Assembly: GCA_002633005.1 (NCBI GenBank)
Contig: NMRA01000667.1
Span: forward strand, 53,793 to 117,792
DNA from: Phoronis australis
Lineage: Eukaryota > Animalia > Phoronida
Length of the DNA stretch: 64,000 nucleotides
Reading direction: 5' to 3'
Shown in pieces: positions 40,001-50,769 of this stretch. The translations under genes were made by a program, and so were the position numbers. The notes under the pieces were generated by a model. That model was not told the origin of the DNA. It did not search any database and saw only the letters and a list, made by a program, of their open reading frames with translations. The first letter of the stretch is position 1, and each line of letters opens with the position of its first letter.

Positions 40001-43000
40001 AGGGGTACTGGTTTGAATGCATGGAAATTCAATGGACTAAAAAATTTCATCAAATTCTTAAAAAATGCCCTTCATTGTAATCCGCGCATTCTTAAACTGC
40101 ATGGTTGTGAGTGACCTTTTATTCATTCTCAGTAGTAATCTAAGCTGAAAACATTCATGTGGGGTACATAACTTAACCTATGTAAGCTTTTCACACCTTT
40201 TGTGTGGTTGACTAACATTCTGTAGGGACCACAAGAATGTTAATCTTAATGTCAAAGGTGACTTAGAGAAAACTGAAGTTAGGGTGTTTATATATAATTC
40301 ATTATGCCAAAAAAGACCAGATTTGGCTGGAGAACTAAAATAACTATGATTATGTAAGTGCAGTGTGAAAGATTTAGATCGACCCAATTGCACATGATCT
40401 TCTGAGTATGGTCTTGGTTTAGTTTCAGGAACTTGGTACAACTGAAATCAAAACAAAAGTCATATTTGAGTTGAGAATATTCCTTAATGACTTTACGGGC
40501 TACATCTAATGCAAAAAGCTGCACATGACATTTGACTAACTCATTGGCTTTCCTGAAAGGTTTCACCATTGCGAACGTCTAAAATTGGAAATAGGCTAAG
40601 CTTCGCACACGGGCCTAAATGCCCCTACATGGAGTATACATATTTGCTTAACTTTCATTGTTCAATAACTCCAGGTCATACAGTTTTGAGCGAAAGTAAG
40701 TTGCCAGTTATTTGCACAAACACATAACAATCAATGTAATGACACTTCAGAGGTTAACAGCCTTGCTGCAAATGATCAAAAGTATACACAATATTGCAAT
40801 TCCATGGCATCCCTACTATACAATGGTGGCAAGAACTATGTGCACTGATTTTCTAAGAGCATCTTTTAGTCCAGTGTCATTCTCCTCTATATCTGTCACC
40901 TTTCAAATTCGTGAAAAATTTATCACCACACCCTTGTGTTGGTGAACAAAGTGACACAGGCAAAGCAGGTTAACTACCAGAACACAAGCTTGACAGCTGA
41001 CCATTACATAACCACAGCATAAGCTAATGGGAAACACAATACTCTAGAAGGGAGCAGAGTGATAACCTGCTGGTCCCTAGGAAATAGGTCAAAACAAGTT
41101 CATCTAGTGCAGCCCTGATTATTGACATGCAGTAATTGTTTTGTTATGAAATTGCGCCTTAAGTTGTCATACATGGCAGGGTCCTGTAGGACCTCATAGC
41201 CAAGTCTGCATACTGAGGCAAATATGTACAATACAGTTACTATAAAGTTTAACTCAGTAAAACTTTGTAAATGTTTTGAAAGCAGAAAGTCTGTAAAACT
41301 TGATTTCGGACATTTTGGCAATCTGCCATCAATATGTCTCGTGTGAGCATAACAATTTGGTAAGATTTAGCAACAAAAGAAAGGTACATTGATAGCAAAA
41401 CAAATGCATCAATAACATTCCTAAAATTTATGTGAAATAAATGTTCAAGATGAAATTTCAAAAATGCTGTTACAGTTTTCTAAATTAACATATCGTTTGA
41501 TGCAACTTTAGTTTATCCGTGAAAGTCACAAAAATCCTGTTATTTGATAACCCCTCACGCAAAGATGGAGCGTTTTAAAAACAAATCCTGACAGGGGTTG
41601 GGAGAACAGTGCGCAGAGCATAACATTTGAAAGTTTCGGATGAATACCATCTGCCATTTTCGAGATACGATGTTGTGAATTTAGCCAAATTTGGACATCT
41701 TGAGCTATTGTATAACCCTGAAACTAACAACACAGCTCCTAATGCAAGAAAGCAACAAGGGAGCACGTACCCATGGAGATAAGGCAGAAGGCAATGCGAA
41801 AATTTAGGCTCATAAACTGAGGCAGCTCAACAGTTCAGATGCAATCTGATCTGGATGANAATATGTACAATACAGTTACTATAAAGTTTAACTCAGTAAA
41901 ACTTTGTATATGTTTTGAAAGCAGAAAGTCTGTAAAATTTGATTTCGGACATTTTGGCAATCTGCCATCAATATGACTCGTGTGAGCACAACAATTTGGT
42001 AAGATTTAGCAACAAAAGAAAGGTACATTGATAGCAAAACAAATGCATCAATAACATTCCTAAAATTTATGTGACATAAATGTTCAAGACGAAATTTCAA
42101 AAATGCTGTTACGGTTTTCTAAATTAACATATCGTTTGATGCAACTTTAGTTTATCCGTGAAAGTCACAAAAATCCTGTTATTTGATAACCCCTCACGCA
42201 AAGATGGAGCGTTTTAAAAACAAATCCTGACAGGGGTTGGGAGAACAGTGCGCAGAGCATAACATTTGAAAGTTTCGGATGAATACCATCTGCCATTTTC
42301 GAGATACGATGTTGTGAATTTAGCCAAATTTGGACATCTTGAGCTATTGTATAACCCTGAAACTAACAACACAGCTCCTAATGCAAGAAAGCAACAAGGG
42401 AGCACGTACCCATGGAGATAAGGCAGAAGGCAATGCGAAAATTTAGGCTCATAAACTGAGGCAGCTCAACAGTTCAGATGCAATCTGATCTGGATGAAAG
42501 TTTCATTACTGTTGATACAGAACAGCTAATGTGGAACTAGCAGGCTAATTCCTTATCTGTGTGACTGCTTGACCAAATTAGTTAGGAACACAACATACAG
42601 CCGCGATGTGTATATGAAGTGGGTAGAAAATTGCCAAATGTTTCTGAGAATGAGTTTTGTGGCGAAAATGATCCACAACAAATCGCCGCACAATGTCCAG
42701 TAAATCGTGACATGGTGCTGCATGATGTGGGCTATGTGAGCGAGGTACGGCATTAGTGCAAAGGTCACCTATTCGCTGAATTTTTGTTTTTACATCAACA
42801 ATGTGTCAGTGAATATACCTGCCCTTTTATGTTGAGCACAGATTATGTTAAAATAGCATTGTCGTTTAGTTCCTGCTATACATTAGCACTGTTGGGAGCA
42901 TGCAAATACATCTTTAATGATGACTGGAGTCCCACATTAGGGAGCAAGATTGGACAATTTATCAGTCACAAAGAGTTGGGTAACAGTAGCTAAGCAGCTG

Positions 43001-46000
43001 AAGCTGGTGTCATGTCATTGTTTCAAGACAATGGACTGGGGATAGGACCTGCTTAAAATGATCAATAATTCCCGCACCTTAGCTTCAAGGGTATTCAGGA
43101 CTGGCTGACAGACTGCGGAATTATTAGCATTTATTGTCCTTAAAACATTGCTAAAACTGACACCATGAATCAAACTATTTCACCTGCAAGAAAGTGTCAA
43201 AAAAAGGATTGATCGTGCAAAGCTATGGCAAAACCAAAACTGTCAGAATCTGGTCACTGTTATCTTTGAAAACTTATAAAACGAAACAGAAAGAAGGACA
43301 ATGAGGACCACTTCAACAGGAAAGATAAACACATCAATGCAGTAATCTAGATGACAATGATAACTTGAACTGGTCATGTAAGCAGCACTCATTCACACAT
43401 GTATGCGCATGCCACTTGTGAAATTGGCGTTAGGAAATAGTCATTACTAGATACCTTCCTTTAAGAAAACTAGGTCAACCGAGAGTTTCTAGGAAATGGA
43501 TCAAAAATTCATCTTGCCAACAGTTTCCAAATAATTTGACTAGTACTTCGCTGGCTTAATTTGACAACAAAACATCTACCATAGTTTTCTGGGCTGATGC
43601 CCAGGACGCTGAAATTGGGAAATTCGAAAATCAGGTAGTTCATCTTTTCTACGCTTATTTAGTGCGTAAGTGTACTCGCTTATGTCGAGCCCTACACAAT
43701 AATATGACTGACAAGTGACATTCTGTTTTATTAAATTTCTCCATCAAATTAATGATTAGGAACGTTTTAGTCTACAAACATGGTTTGCAGTGTGCGGATA
43801 TCATAAAGCAACATTTGCTTCTTAACTTCCTGTTAAATGCAAAAAGGTAATCAGCCAATGAAAGATGAAAAAATGATCACTTTGGCAATCATTCTTCATT
43901 TAGCTGGAGAATTACTGTACTCAAAGCACAACTATTCCAAATGAGTACTGGCTGATCAAACCATAACCAAACCAGGAAATTTTGAAGGTGTTAATCAATA
44001 ATATATACAACAAAGAGGTTGACAATCTCTTTGTCAGCGGTCTGAACTCCCTGGCAGTTTATCAAATAATTTTATCTTATCTGAGATTCAACTGACATCA
44101 CAATACACGTAAACATCCCAATTGAAGATACACTGAGCACATTTTCACAAATCATTGAAGCGAAATCAGATAGTTTTTATAACAAAGCAACCAAGATGTT
44201 TCCTTTGCCGCTGCTTAAAGACGAGAAAATCCATGCCACTGTAATAACACAGCTCCATGTGTCGTAGCACTGCGACAGGCCATGGCCAAAGCCACTTTCA
44301 ATATAAGTAAATTTGCACTACTCAATACAGAGTTCCATTTATACATTTTTAATTTTTGTGTCCCAATCATGATGGGATACATCAGCATAAACTTTGCAGA
44401 AATAAATGCTGCAGAAATACTAACATAACGTTTATTGTTCAGCAGCTCCGTTGACTGTTGGCCAACTGGAACTTATCCACTTAGATTGACGCCTCCATTT
44501 TTAAATTGATATGCTAAAAAGCAAAGGGTGCGCGGTAACCAGATTAAAAGAGAGCACAGACGCTCAAAAGCGAAACTTCAAGGGTGGATGTTAAGGGGAA
44601 CGCAAGCCTCACTCCATACCGGTATGACAAATTTGACAACTGCGCGCGTGCACGTGCAAGCTTTACCTTAGCATTCCTTCGAAGTGACGTACACAACTTC
44701 TTTACTTCATCCACAGTGGGATCTAGACTTTGCTTGTAACGAGCCCTGGGTTGCCATCTTTCGTATTGCTTCTGTAGAGTGCTACCAATGGCTTCTAGCG
44801 CCTTCTGTGGGCTCATAGATGTTGGATCTGAATGCAACAATTCAAATAGACAATCCTTACGCAAGGACACAATGAAGCAGAAAAGTTCGATTTCATTCCC
44901 ATCAAAGCAGACACTGCAACAGACAATTAACGAGTTGCAAGGCAGATGCAAAAAATTGAAAAGCTGAGGAAGATGTAATACAACACTCAACACTAGTCTG
45001 ACTCAGCTCAAAACTGTGTTAGTGGTCCTACCTTTCGAAAACTAGGTCAATAACACCATGTATTTTTCCACATCCACAAAAGAATAGAGTTGAAAGCTGT
45101 GCGAGTTACAATTGGCCAATCACAAACTTTGCAAAGTTTTGATCACTTGCAACAATTCTGTGAGCACTTGAAAAACCCACTTTAAGCAATCGCTTTTACT
45201 AAACACAGTCAGAATATGGTCGTCATGTGAACTGCATTGAGAAGAATAATCAACACAACAAATCTTATGCTGCCACCAGAGTGAGACTGACCTACGTTTA
45301 CCATTTTGGGTCTCGGAGGAGATTTATCATAGAAATGCATTGTTGCATTCTTCATAGGTCGAGAGCAGAACAAGAATCATGTTTAGATCAGGTCTGAAGG
45401 ACACACAGTAACTTGAATGACAGGAGAAGCAGGAATCTGTGATAACCTCTACACATTGCTATTCACAAGTTAAAATTTGAAACTGGTGGAACTTGCCTTC
45501 CCCAGCTGAAATCTAACTGGTCATTTAGAACCTCCCAGACCTTGACAACTTTAACCCGTTATTCACAGAAGAAAAATGGTTCTCAAATTCTGGGAGCTCT
45601 GTAAGTCATTACTATTGCTAAAGAAGTAAAATTTTTAAAGTTAACTGCTACGCTGACCATATCATCATTTGAACACGCATGACATTTACCTATCCAGCAT
45701 TCTAGCCGCGCACACGGTGAAGTCTTGACAACATCAGGTGGATCGACTCCGACATTCAGGCACAGAACCAGTGCAACACTCACAGTCTTCATCTAAAAGT
45801 ACACGTTCAGTTAAAACCAAAATAAAGTCACAGAAGGTCGCCTAAATATCACCACTTACAAAGATCCAAAAAGATTTTACACAATTTCTAACTGAACTGA
45901 ACATACCGTAAAATCTCCAAATTAGGACATAACATGGTCAAAAAGCCAAATTTTATTTACCATTTTTCCATGCAAAATACGCAGTGCCAAAATAAATACT

Positions 46001-46870
46001 TTTCCACGTTTAAAAATTGTACTCAGGCACAGTTTTGAAAATTTGCAGTGATTCACAACATTGTTAAAACCCCTTGAAAATAGAAGGCAATTTTAATAAT
46101 ATATTGTAATAAGGTTCATTGCTCATGTACAAATTTGGCAAATATGACAGGAAATTCAGAGCCCTCGCTCACTTGAGCCTGAGGGGAGGGATTGTTTTTG
46201 TTCACAGTTCAAAGAATTTGAATAAAGGTTTTATGAATTATCAGTTTTCTCTACACTAAAAAATTCAAGCAGGTCACATTTACAACCAATTGTGCAGCAT
46301 GTGCATATCATAGCGAACACACAAAAATGAAACTTTTTTAGTTCAACATGAAAAAAATCAATTGTATTGAGAGCTATTTAACAGGGCAAAATCAAAAAGG
46401 TCGCGGAGACCTGTTAAAACAAGTCATGTAAATGGAGAACACCGAGTATGACATCTGAGACATAGCCAAGCAATGCGATGGTCATACATATGCAATCTTA
46501 GGCAATATAAGACCTTAGCCACCGCTATTACGAGCGGAACTGAACTTGGGCACGGACTCAGACGCCTCCAGAAGCTAAGAAGTATTTCTGAGCCCAGGCT
46601 GCTGGCTGGGAGAGGTTCGAGTCACGGTGGGGGGCTGACTTGACTTGGCAATTACTACAAATGGTAATTTTTACCATGAGTTATAATTACCCTCTCTTTC
46701 ATCCTCCATGTCTGGGTGACGGCGTTCGAACTTTCTATTTTTTCTACATGGCGCTTATCAATGAAACTTTGAGCAAGCTGGTAATCGTTAAAATCGCTCA
46801 ATGAACAATCGTCGAACTCCTTTTCTAATCCACTACTTTCTTCCGTGACCGGAGACAGCATTTTTAACAT
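9941..46870 (-). CDS. RPTOR: Regulatory-associated protein of mTOR (Raptor), whole gene span, 30 coding exons, ~1328 aa
   Basis: Exons splice into one open frame of 3987 nt: RNC caspase-like domain, HEAT/ARM repeats, Ser-rich linker and WD40 propeller. Hallmark sequences include [40 protein letters not shown] and [13 protein letters not shown]. Confidence 0.97.
10857..10986 (-). CDS. RPTOR: RPTOR exon 29
   Basis: [43 protein letters not shown]; AG/GTgagc. Confidence 0.95.
11058..11420. repeat. DNA-transposon fragment; inverted relative at ~31285-31735
   Basis: Shared blocks in opposite orientation: CGTATCTCAGAAATGGCT, TGTTCCACTTTT and GGCTTTCTACTTTCAGAAA. Confidence 0.5.
11965..12190. mobile_element. 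hAT-like MITE copy
   Basis: Colinear with 27550-27780 (ggaatgaccaatga...gaggaaaattccaagcc). Confidence 0.6.
12358..12474 (-). CDS. RPTOR: RPTOR exon 28
   Basis: [38 protein letters not shown](C); AG/GTaagt. Confidence 0.93.
13067..13153 (-). CDS. RPTOR: RPTOR exon 27 (followed by a GC-AG intron)
   Basis: [28 protein letters not shown](S); the donor reads AG|GCgagt. Confidence 0.9.
13961..14072 (-). pseudogene. Decayed intronic duplicate of the 3' part of RPTOR exon 26
   Basis: Gap-free alignment offset by 137 bp: [31 protein letters not shown] versus [33 protein letters not shown]. Confidence 0.75.
14099..14336 (-). CDS. RPTOR: RPTOR exon 26
   Basis: [12 protein letters not shown]...[13 protein letters not shown]...[18 protein letters not shown]; AG/GT. 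Confidence 0.95.
14871..14978 (-). CDS. RPTOR: RPTOR exon 25
   Basis: [36 protein letters not shown]; AG/GT. Confidence 0.95.
15697..15821 (-). CDS. RPTOR: RPTOR exon 24
   Basis: [41 protein letters not shown]; AG/GTaag. Confidence 0.94.
16641..16745. repeat. Hairpin/MITE, second copy at ~17915-17985
   Basis: Arms GTGCCCAAATTTTGAGAACCAGTTT / AAACTGGTTCTCAAAATACGGGCAC. Confidence 0.65.
17248..17362 (-). CDS. RPTOR: RPTOR exon 23 (start of WD40)
   Basis: [37 protein letters not shown]; AG/GT. Confidence 0.94.
18232..18442 (-). CDS. RPTOR: RPTOR exon 22
   Basis: IEPKEED...[18 protein letters not shown]...[21 protein letters not shown]; AG/GT. Confidence 0.88.
18724..18907 (-). CDS. RPTOR: RPTOR exon 21
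   Basis: KTPPTTSSG...[15 protein letters not shown]; AG/GTaagt. Confidence 0.87.
19626..19711 (-). CDS. RPTOR: RPTOR exon 20
   Basis: [28 protein letters not shown]; SAPVSP corresponds to human SAPASP (S863). Confidence 0.85.
20578..20822 (-). CDS. RPTOR: RPTOR exon 19
   Basis: AFTPMMNY...[12 protein letters not shown]...[16 protein letters not shown]...AINLK; equivalent to the human S791/S792 region. Confidence 0.88.
22303..22407 (-). CDS. RPTOR: RPTOR exon 18 (symmetric phase-1 linker exon)
   Basis: ttttccAG acceptor, GTactt donor; 105 nt, open. Encodes (G)[34 protein letters not shown]. Poorly conserved linker, so support comes from splice signals and frame. Confidence 0.72.
24631..24796 (-). 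CDS. RPTOR: RPTOR exon 17
   Basis: [32 protein letters not shown]...SASPPT; AG/GTaaac. Confidence 0.88.
25430..25710. repeat. Three tandem ~93-bp units spanning the RPTOR exon 16 3' end and its donor site
   Basis: CACACTGTGGTCAATAC and (C/T)ACCTTC..ACCA.TGGACTACCATCCT recur at 93/94-bp spacing. Confidence 0.9.
25644..25784 (-). CDS. RPTOR: RPTOR exon 16
   Basis: [47 protein letters not shown]; AG/GTgagt. Confidence 0.94.
26558..26650 (-). CDS. RPTOR: RPTOR exon 15
   Basis: [31 protein letters not shown]; AG/GTgagt. Confidence 0.95.
27238..27402 (-). CDS. RPTOR: RPTOR exon 14
   Basis: [15 protein letters not shown]...[12 protein letters not shown]; AG/GT. Confidence 0.95.
27550..27780. mobile_element. 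hAT-like MITE copy
   Basis: cagggtttggaa...ttccatgccgtg; homologous to 11965-12190. Confidence 0.6.
28396..28470 (-). CDS. RPTOR: RPTOR exon 13
   Basis: [25 protein letters not shown]; AG/GTaagt. Confidence 0.95.
28788..28898 (-). CDS. RPTOR: RPTOR exon 12
   Basis: [37 protein letters not shown]; AG/GTaagt. Confidence 0.95.
29398..29481 (-). CDS. RPTOR: RPTOR exon 11
   Basis: [28 protein letters not shown]; AG/GTgagt. Confidence 0.95.
30052..30702. mobile_element. Non-autonomous Kolobok-like element
   Basis: TTAA|AAGGACACCGAACCAG...CTGGGTTTAGTATCCCT|TTAA: imperfect TIRs with TTAA flanks. Confidence 0.55.
30965..31142 (-). CDS. RPTOR: RPTOR exon 10
   Basis: [14 protein letters not shown]...[10 protein letters not shown]; AG/GT. 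Confidence 0.96.
31856..32000 (-). CDS. RPTOR: RPTOR exon 9
   Basis: [48 protein letters not shown](W); AG/GT. Confidence 0.96.
32425..32525 (-). CDS. RPTOR: RPTOR exon 8
   Basis: [33 protein letters not shown]; AG/GT. Confidence 0.96.
33350..33409 (-). CDS. RPTOR: RPTOR exon 7
   Basis: (W)[19 protein letters not shown](K); 60 nt; AG/GTaagt. Confidence 0.9.
33732..33904 (-). CDS. RPTOR: RPTOR exon 6
   Basis: INSLSNG...[39 protein letters not shown](W); AG/GT. Confidence 0.93.
35171..35320 (-). CDS. RPTOR: RPTOR exon 5 (caspase-like Cys motif)
   Basis: [40 protein letters not shown]...; AG/GT. Confidence 0.95.
36795..36875 (-). CDS. RPTOR: RPTOR exon 4 (caspase-like His motif)
   Basis: [27 protein letters not shown]; AG/GT; 81 nt. 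Confidence 0.95.
37655..41136. repeat. ~1.5-kb direct duplication (37655-39136 and 39632-41136) across the N at 39625
   Basis: Colinear with many substitutions and small indels (roughly 90% identity by eye). Confidence 0.9.
39137..39577 (+). mobile_element. Non-autonomous ISL2EU-like DNA transposon carrying a SAP-domain first exon (39257-39399)
   Basis: AT|ACCCCTTG...CAAGGGGT|AT ends. Internal ATG-initiated [48 protein letters not shown]|GTaagt matches the SAP pattern. Confidence 0.6.
41221..42497. repeat. ~640-bp near-identical direct duplication across the N at 41859
   Basis: 41221-41858 versus 41860-42497, a handful of SNPs; probable uncollapsed haplotypes. Confidence 0.9.
44667..44827 (-). 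CDS. RPTOR: RPTOR exon 3
   Basis: [15 protein letters not shown]...[12 protein letters not shown]; AG/GT. Confidence 0.95.
45690..45792 (-). CDS. RPTOR: RPTOR exon 2
   Basis: [34 protein letters not shown]; AG/GT; 103 nt. Confidence 0.96.
46691..46870 (-). CDS. RPTOR: RPTOR coding exon 1
   Basis: [11 protein letters not shown]...QTWRMKER followed by a GTaatt donor. The start could be Met1 or Met4. Confidence 0.85.
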
Positions 46871-46879
46871 CTCTTCGCA

Positions 46880-47400
46880 TTACATAGTCAATAACCAATT
46901 CTTGGCTAAAAAATTCGCGGAAATGGTGTTTGAATAACTGAAAATCATAACTTTTGAAGCATGCCTTCGTTGCGTGTTATTAAATTCCGGAAATTCAACT
47001 GACCCACAATGCATTCTGCTATTTACTGCTGTGAGAAGGGCACCTGATGGTTTTCCCAAATCCTTGGATTGCCAGACATCAAACTTACGAAAGAGACATA
47101 CAGTAATACGCGAAATCTTGTAAGGAATTTGTGTGGTATTGTTAATCACATAGTATTTACGAAATTATATGCAAATGATTGGAGCATTTGCGATGCATTT
47201 TGATGAACACGTAGGAAGTGTACACTGAATAATACTAGCTCCGTACTATCGAATCCGTTATCACAGACCAGTCAGACCTCCGCATATAAGTTTGTTTAGG
47301 TGTGAATCTGACCAGGAATATGCGACGGAAACTTCTGTATCCTGAACGTGAAAGCTTAGCGAAATGAATTAACAACAAAAATTTGATTTTCCACGACTAC
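46880..47400. promoter_or_regulatory. Probable RPTOR 5'UTR/promoter, possibly bidirectional with the zinc-finger gene
   Basis: Immediately upstream of the RPTOR start; locally more CpG; ETS-like CGGAA motifs near 46918, 46988 and 47326. A possible 5'UTR intron on - spans 47088-46938 (GTaagt...ttttcAG). TSSs are not visible. Confidence 0.4.
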
Positions 47401-49119
47401 CGTGCCCCTCCATGTTACTGCAGTATATACATGTGATCTGATGATGAATTCTTGAATAGGGTGTCATATGTGCGTCGTGTGTGGATTCATTCTTCTTCCT
47501 GGACTGGGTGTTTGAAATTGAAATGCATTGTTCAAAAGGAGTTGAATCTTTTGCCATTCGATCATTGGATACAGTTCATACCATATGGTTAAGACAAGTA
47601 AATTTCTTCCAGGGCAAGACAAACTTAGTTTTGTTTGGTACTTTGGCTAATGCTGCTGTGGCACCACAGACTGGAAAATTTTCTCTGAACTAAATCTCAT
47701 TTAAACCCAATTTCAACCTCAAGTGCCTATCTTTTGCATGGATACTGGGTATGAATATTAGGTTGTAGTTGCTAGAGTGCTGCCACCTGGGATAATTTTT
47801 GGGAGCTTGCCCCACGTCATTGCATGGTGCTAAAATAATTTCATTGATGCAACGTGATTGCTCAGCTCAGGCCAAAATTAAAACTGGAGGTGAAAAAGGA
47901 TATGAAAAACTAACATGGCCCACTTGTCGATCCAATCCAAACTGGTCAATGATTGATGCTGTTTGGGCAAATTTACCCATACCCATTAAAATGATCCTGG
48001 TGTGCCATTTGTCGTATAGACTCGCTTCTCTTGGTTGGAGCAAATTTACCGCTGCTGTGTACAGTCCAGCCTCTTCCATTGAATCTCTACTTGACTTAGA
48101 GGACTTTGGAAGAGCCTGAACTGTCAACGGTGTTGGCACATATAGTACCTTTTCATTACTCAGAATTTTTTGCTTAGTTATCTTACCCCTAGACTTTGGT
48201 CGTGCACAAGATGAGATTTAAGCTTGCATGTCACTGAGACATGCCCTGTAAGAAAAACGTAACAGAATCAAGGACAAGTTGACCTGTCTATACTGAGATG
48301 TCATGACATCTCATGTGGCGCAGCACTGAAATAAGTGGGGGCTATAGCCCCATGCATCTAGCAGGCATGGAACCACTTGACGTCAGCTATGACCTGCCAT
48401 GGCGTGTTTCACTAAAATGTTGTAAATTTACACAACGTTTTTACACAGAGTTAAGTTGCAACAGCTGACCCCAGTAGTCATTCAATTGCTGCTCAAAATC
48501 CACACTCTATAGTTGACTGTGCAGGGCTGTGATGCTGCATGCTCCCTAATATGGCAAAACAAATATACATAGTGGTTCTAAGACTGAACAAGAAAAACCA
48601 TCTGCCTTTGCCACCTAAAGTGACTAACTTGATCTAGCTAACTTGAGCTTGCTTTTTCCAGACACATGAAATCCTTTATGCTCTGAGTAAAGAATGTTAG
48701 GTTGCTCAGATGTTGTTGAACCTATTTTTTGCCTGAATCATACCCAGCAGCAAATGGCTACAAATTGAACAAGTAGAAATATCAGCTGTGAATTTTCTAT
48801 TTTAGCACTGAAGGAATACTTGACTATCATAAAATTTTGATAGGATACCCACCTTTTTCCGAGAGTCTGCTTGATCGATGAGCCACATCCTTTTAAAAAG
48901 TTGGCGTGACTATACGGAACTGTTTGTTGGAACTTCTGTTAAAAAAGTCGCCCTTTCTGAGTTTCTTCTCTTAGAATCCTTTTGTAAGGGGTTTTTAACA
49001 CAAAATATTGATATCACGAATTAAAATTGAGCACAACCTTTTGAACTACAGTCTTTTTCGATATAACAAATCTACCCTTCTGTTAGTAGAGTTCTGTAGC
49101 TAGTTGCTCCTGACCGGTC

Positions 49120-49996
49120 CAAGCCTATTCACTAATTTTTTAAATTATTTATTGTGAGAAATATAATATAGTTACAGTAATGAGAGTTAAGACCAGAAAG
49201 TGCAAGAAACCATTATACCTGGGTTCCAAAGACGTTTAAGGAGCCCAGATGTAACTATCACCTGTATAAGCCCGCACAACATGAGCAGATAATAGCTTTC
49301 ATTGTGGCCATTTTGCATTATTTATGTGGCAGCCAATGTCGAAACTTCAGGTCAACATAATGCAACATCATCGTGATGCAATCTTAAAGACTCCAGGAAC
49401 TACGAACCAGACAGGCTAATTATGATCAGGCTAATCCATCAAAAAGCATGAAAGTACTCATCTCGATTTGTTAGGCAACTTCTGTCACAACGCCATCAGC
49501 TTTTACATGAGCATAAAACTACGTCATCCACTGAGCAAAGACTTGCAGTTTGCTCAGGAGTTTCGAGTAGATGGGCTGGCTACTCGGAAGGTCTATAATG
49601 ACAAAAAATTGTATTATGAACATCTAAATTAGTCTATGATGAATTAGCCTGATGATCATAATTAGTCTGTTTGGTTCATAGTTCCTGTACTCTTTAAGCT
49701 TGCAGTTTGACAATGTTGCATTATGTTGAATTGAAGGTTCAACACTGGCTGCCACAGAAATAATGCAAAATGGCCACGATTCAATCTGGGCATGTTTTTC
49801 TCACCGGTTTGAGTAAGCTATTGTAGGCTCATTGTGTGACCTTATAAAGGTGATAGTTACTTCTGAGCAGCTTCAACTTCTTTTGAACCAAGGAATAATA
49901 CTCTCTTGCACTTTCTGGTCTGAACTCCGATTATTTTTATATGATATTTCTCATAATTAATAGTTTTTAAAAATTCTTTTTAATAGTGAATTAGCC
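49120..49996. mobile_element. Foldback/MITE with ~320-bp inverted arms
   Basis: GACCAGAAAGTGCAAGA/TCTTGCACTTTCTGGTC, GTAACTATCACCT/AGGTGATAGTTAC and GTGGCCATTTTGCATTATTT/AAATAATGCAAAATGGCCAC in nested inverted order. Confidence 0.8.
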
Positions 49997-50093
49997 TGAT
50001 GTGTTGATCGGAATATCTGAATTCTGATGGGCTTTAGAATTTCAAGTGTTCCAAGTATTGAAGTGTTCTGGCCATTCGGGTCAGTCTGTGGCG

Positions 50094-50743
50094 ATGAAAT
50101 TGTGTAATAGGAATAGAACAGTTTGTGTATGTGAAAGTTATCATGGTAGAGTACGGCATGCATTATAATCCATCCATGAATTAGTGTTTTGGAAGTGTAA
50201 CAGTTAGTTTATTGTGGTACCGTATGGTATATATTATAATCTATGAAGCTGTGTTGTGGAAGCGGAACTTTGTCTAGTGCAAAAGTTATTGTGGTATAGT
50301 ATGGTATACATTATGATCTACAATCTACGATGTTGTGTAATGGAAGTGCAACATTTAGTGTATGTAAAAATTATATCATGATACAGAATGAAATTCATTA
50401 TAATCTATGAAACTGTGTTATAGAAGTGACAACATTTAGCCTTGTGTAAAAATTATCATCATGCGGTATGGTATTCATTATAATCTGTGAAATTGTGCTA
50501 TGGAAGTACAACAGTATGGTATTCATTGTTTTCTATGAAATTGTGTTATAGAAGTGCAACATTTAGTCTGTGTAAAAGTTATGGTTCGTCCGGGTATGGC
50601 ATGTTATAGTCTATGAAATTGTGTTACTGAATTGTAACAGTTTGTGTGAAAAAGTTGTCATGGTACAGTATGGTATAATCTATGAATTTGTGTTATGGAA
50701 GTGTAACAGTTAGTGAATGTAAGAGTTATCATGGCACAGTATG
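50094..50743. repeat. Degenerate minisatellite, about 9 units of ~50-85 bp
   Basis: Recurring ATGAAATTGTGTTATGGAAGTG..ACA...AAAGTTATCATGGTACAGTATGGTAT.CATTATAATCT. Confidence 0.85.
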
Positions 50744-50769
50744 TTAACTGGTTTGCTTCACCGTTGCAG

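Noticed and set aside
46560-46640. tRNA or SINE suggested by the B-box-like GGTTCGAGTC
   Set aside because: No convincing A box, cloverleaf or tail.
50094-50743. Possible CRISPR array
   Set aside because: Degenerate minisatellite with homologous intervening sequence and variable unit length.
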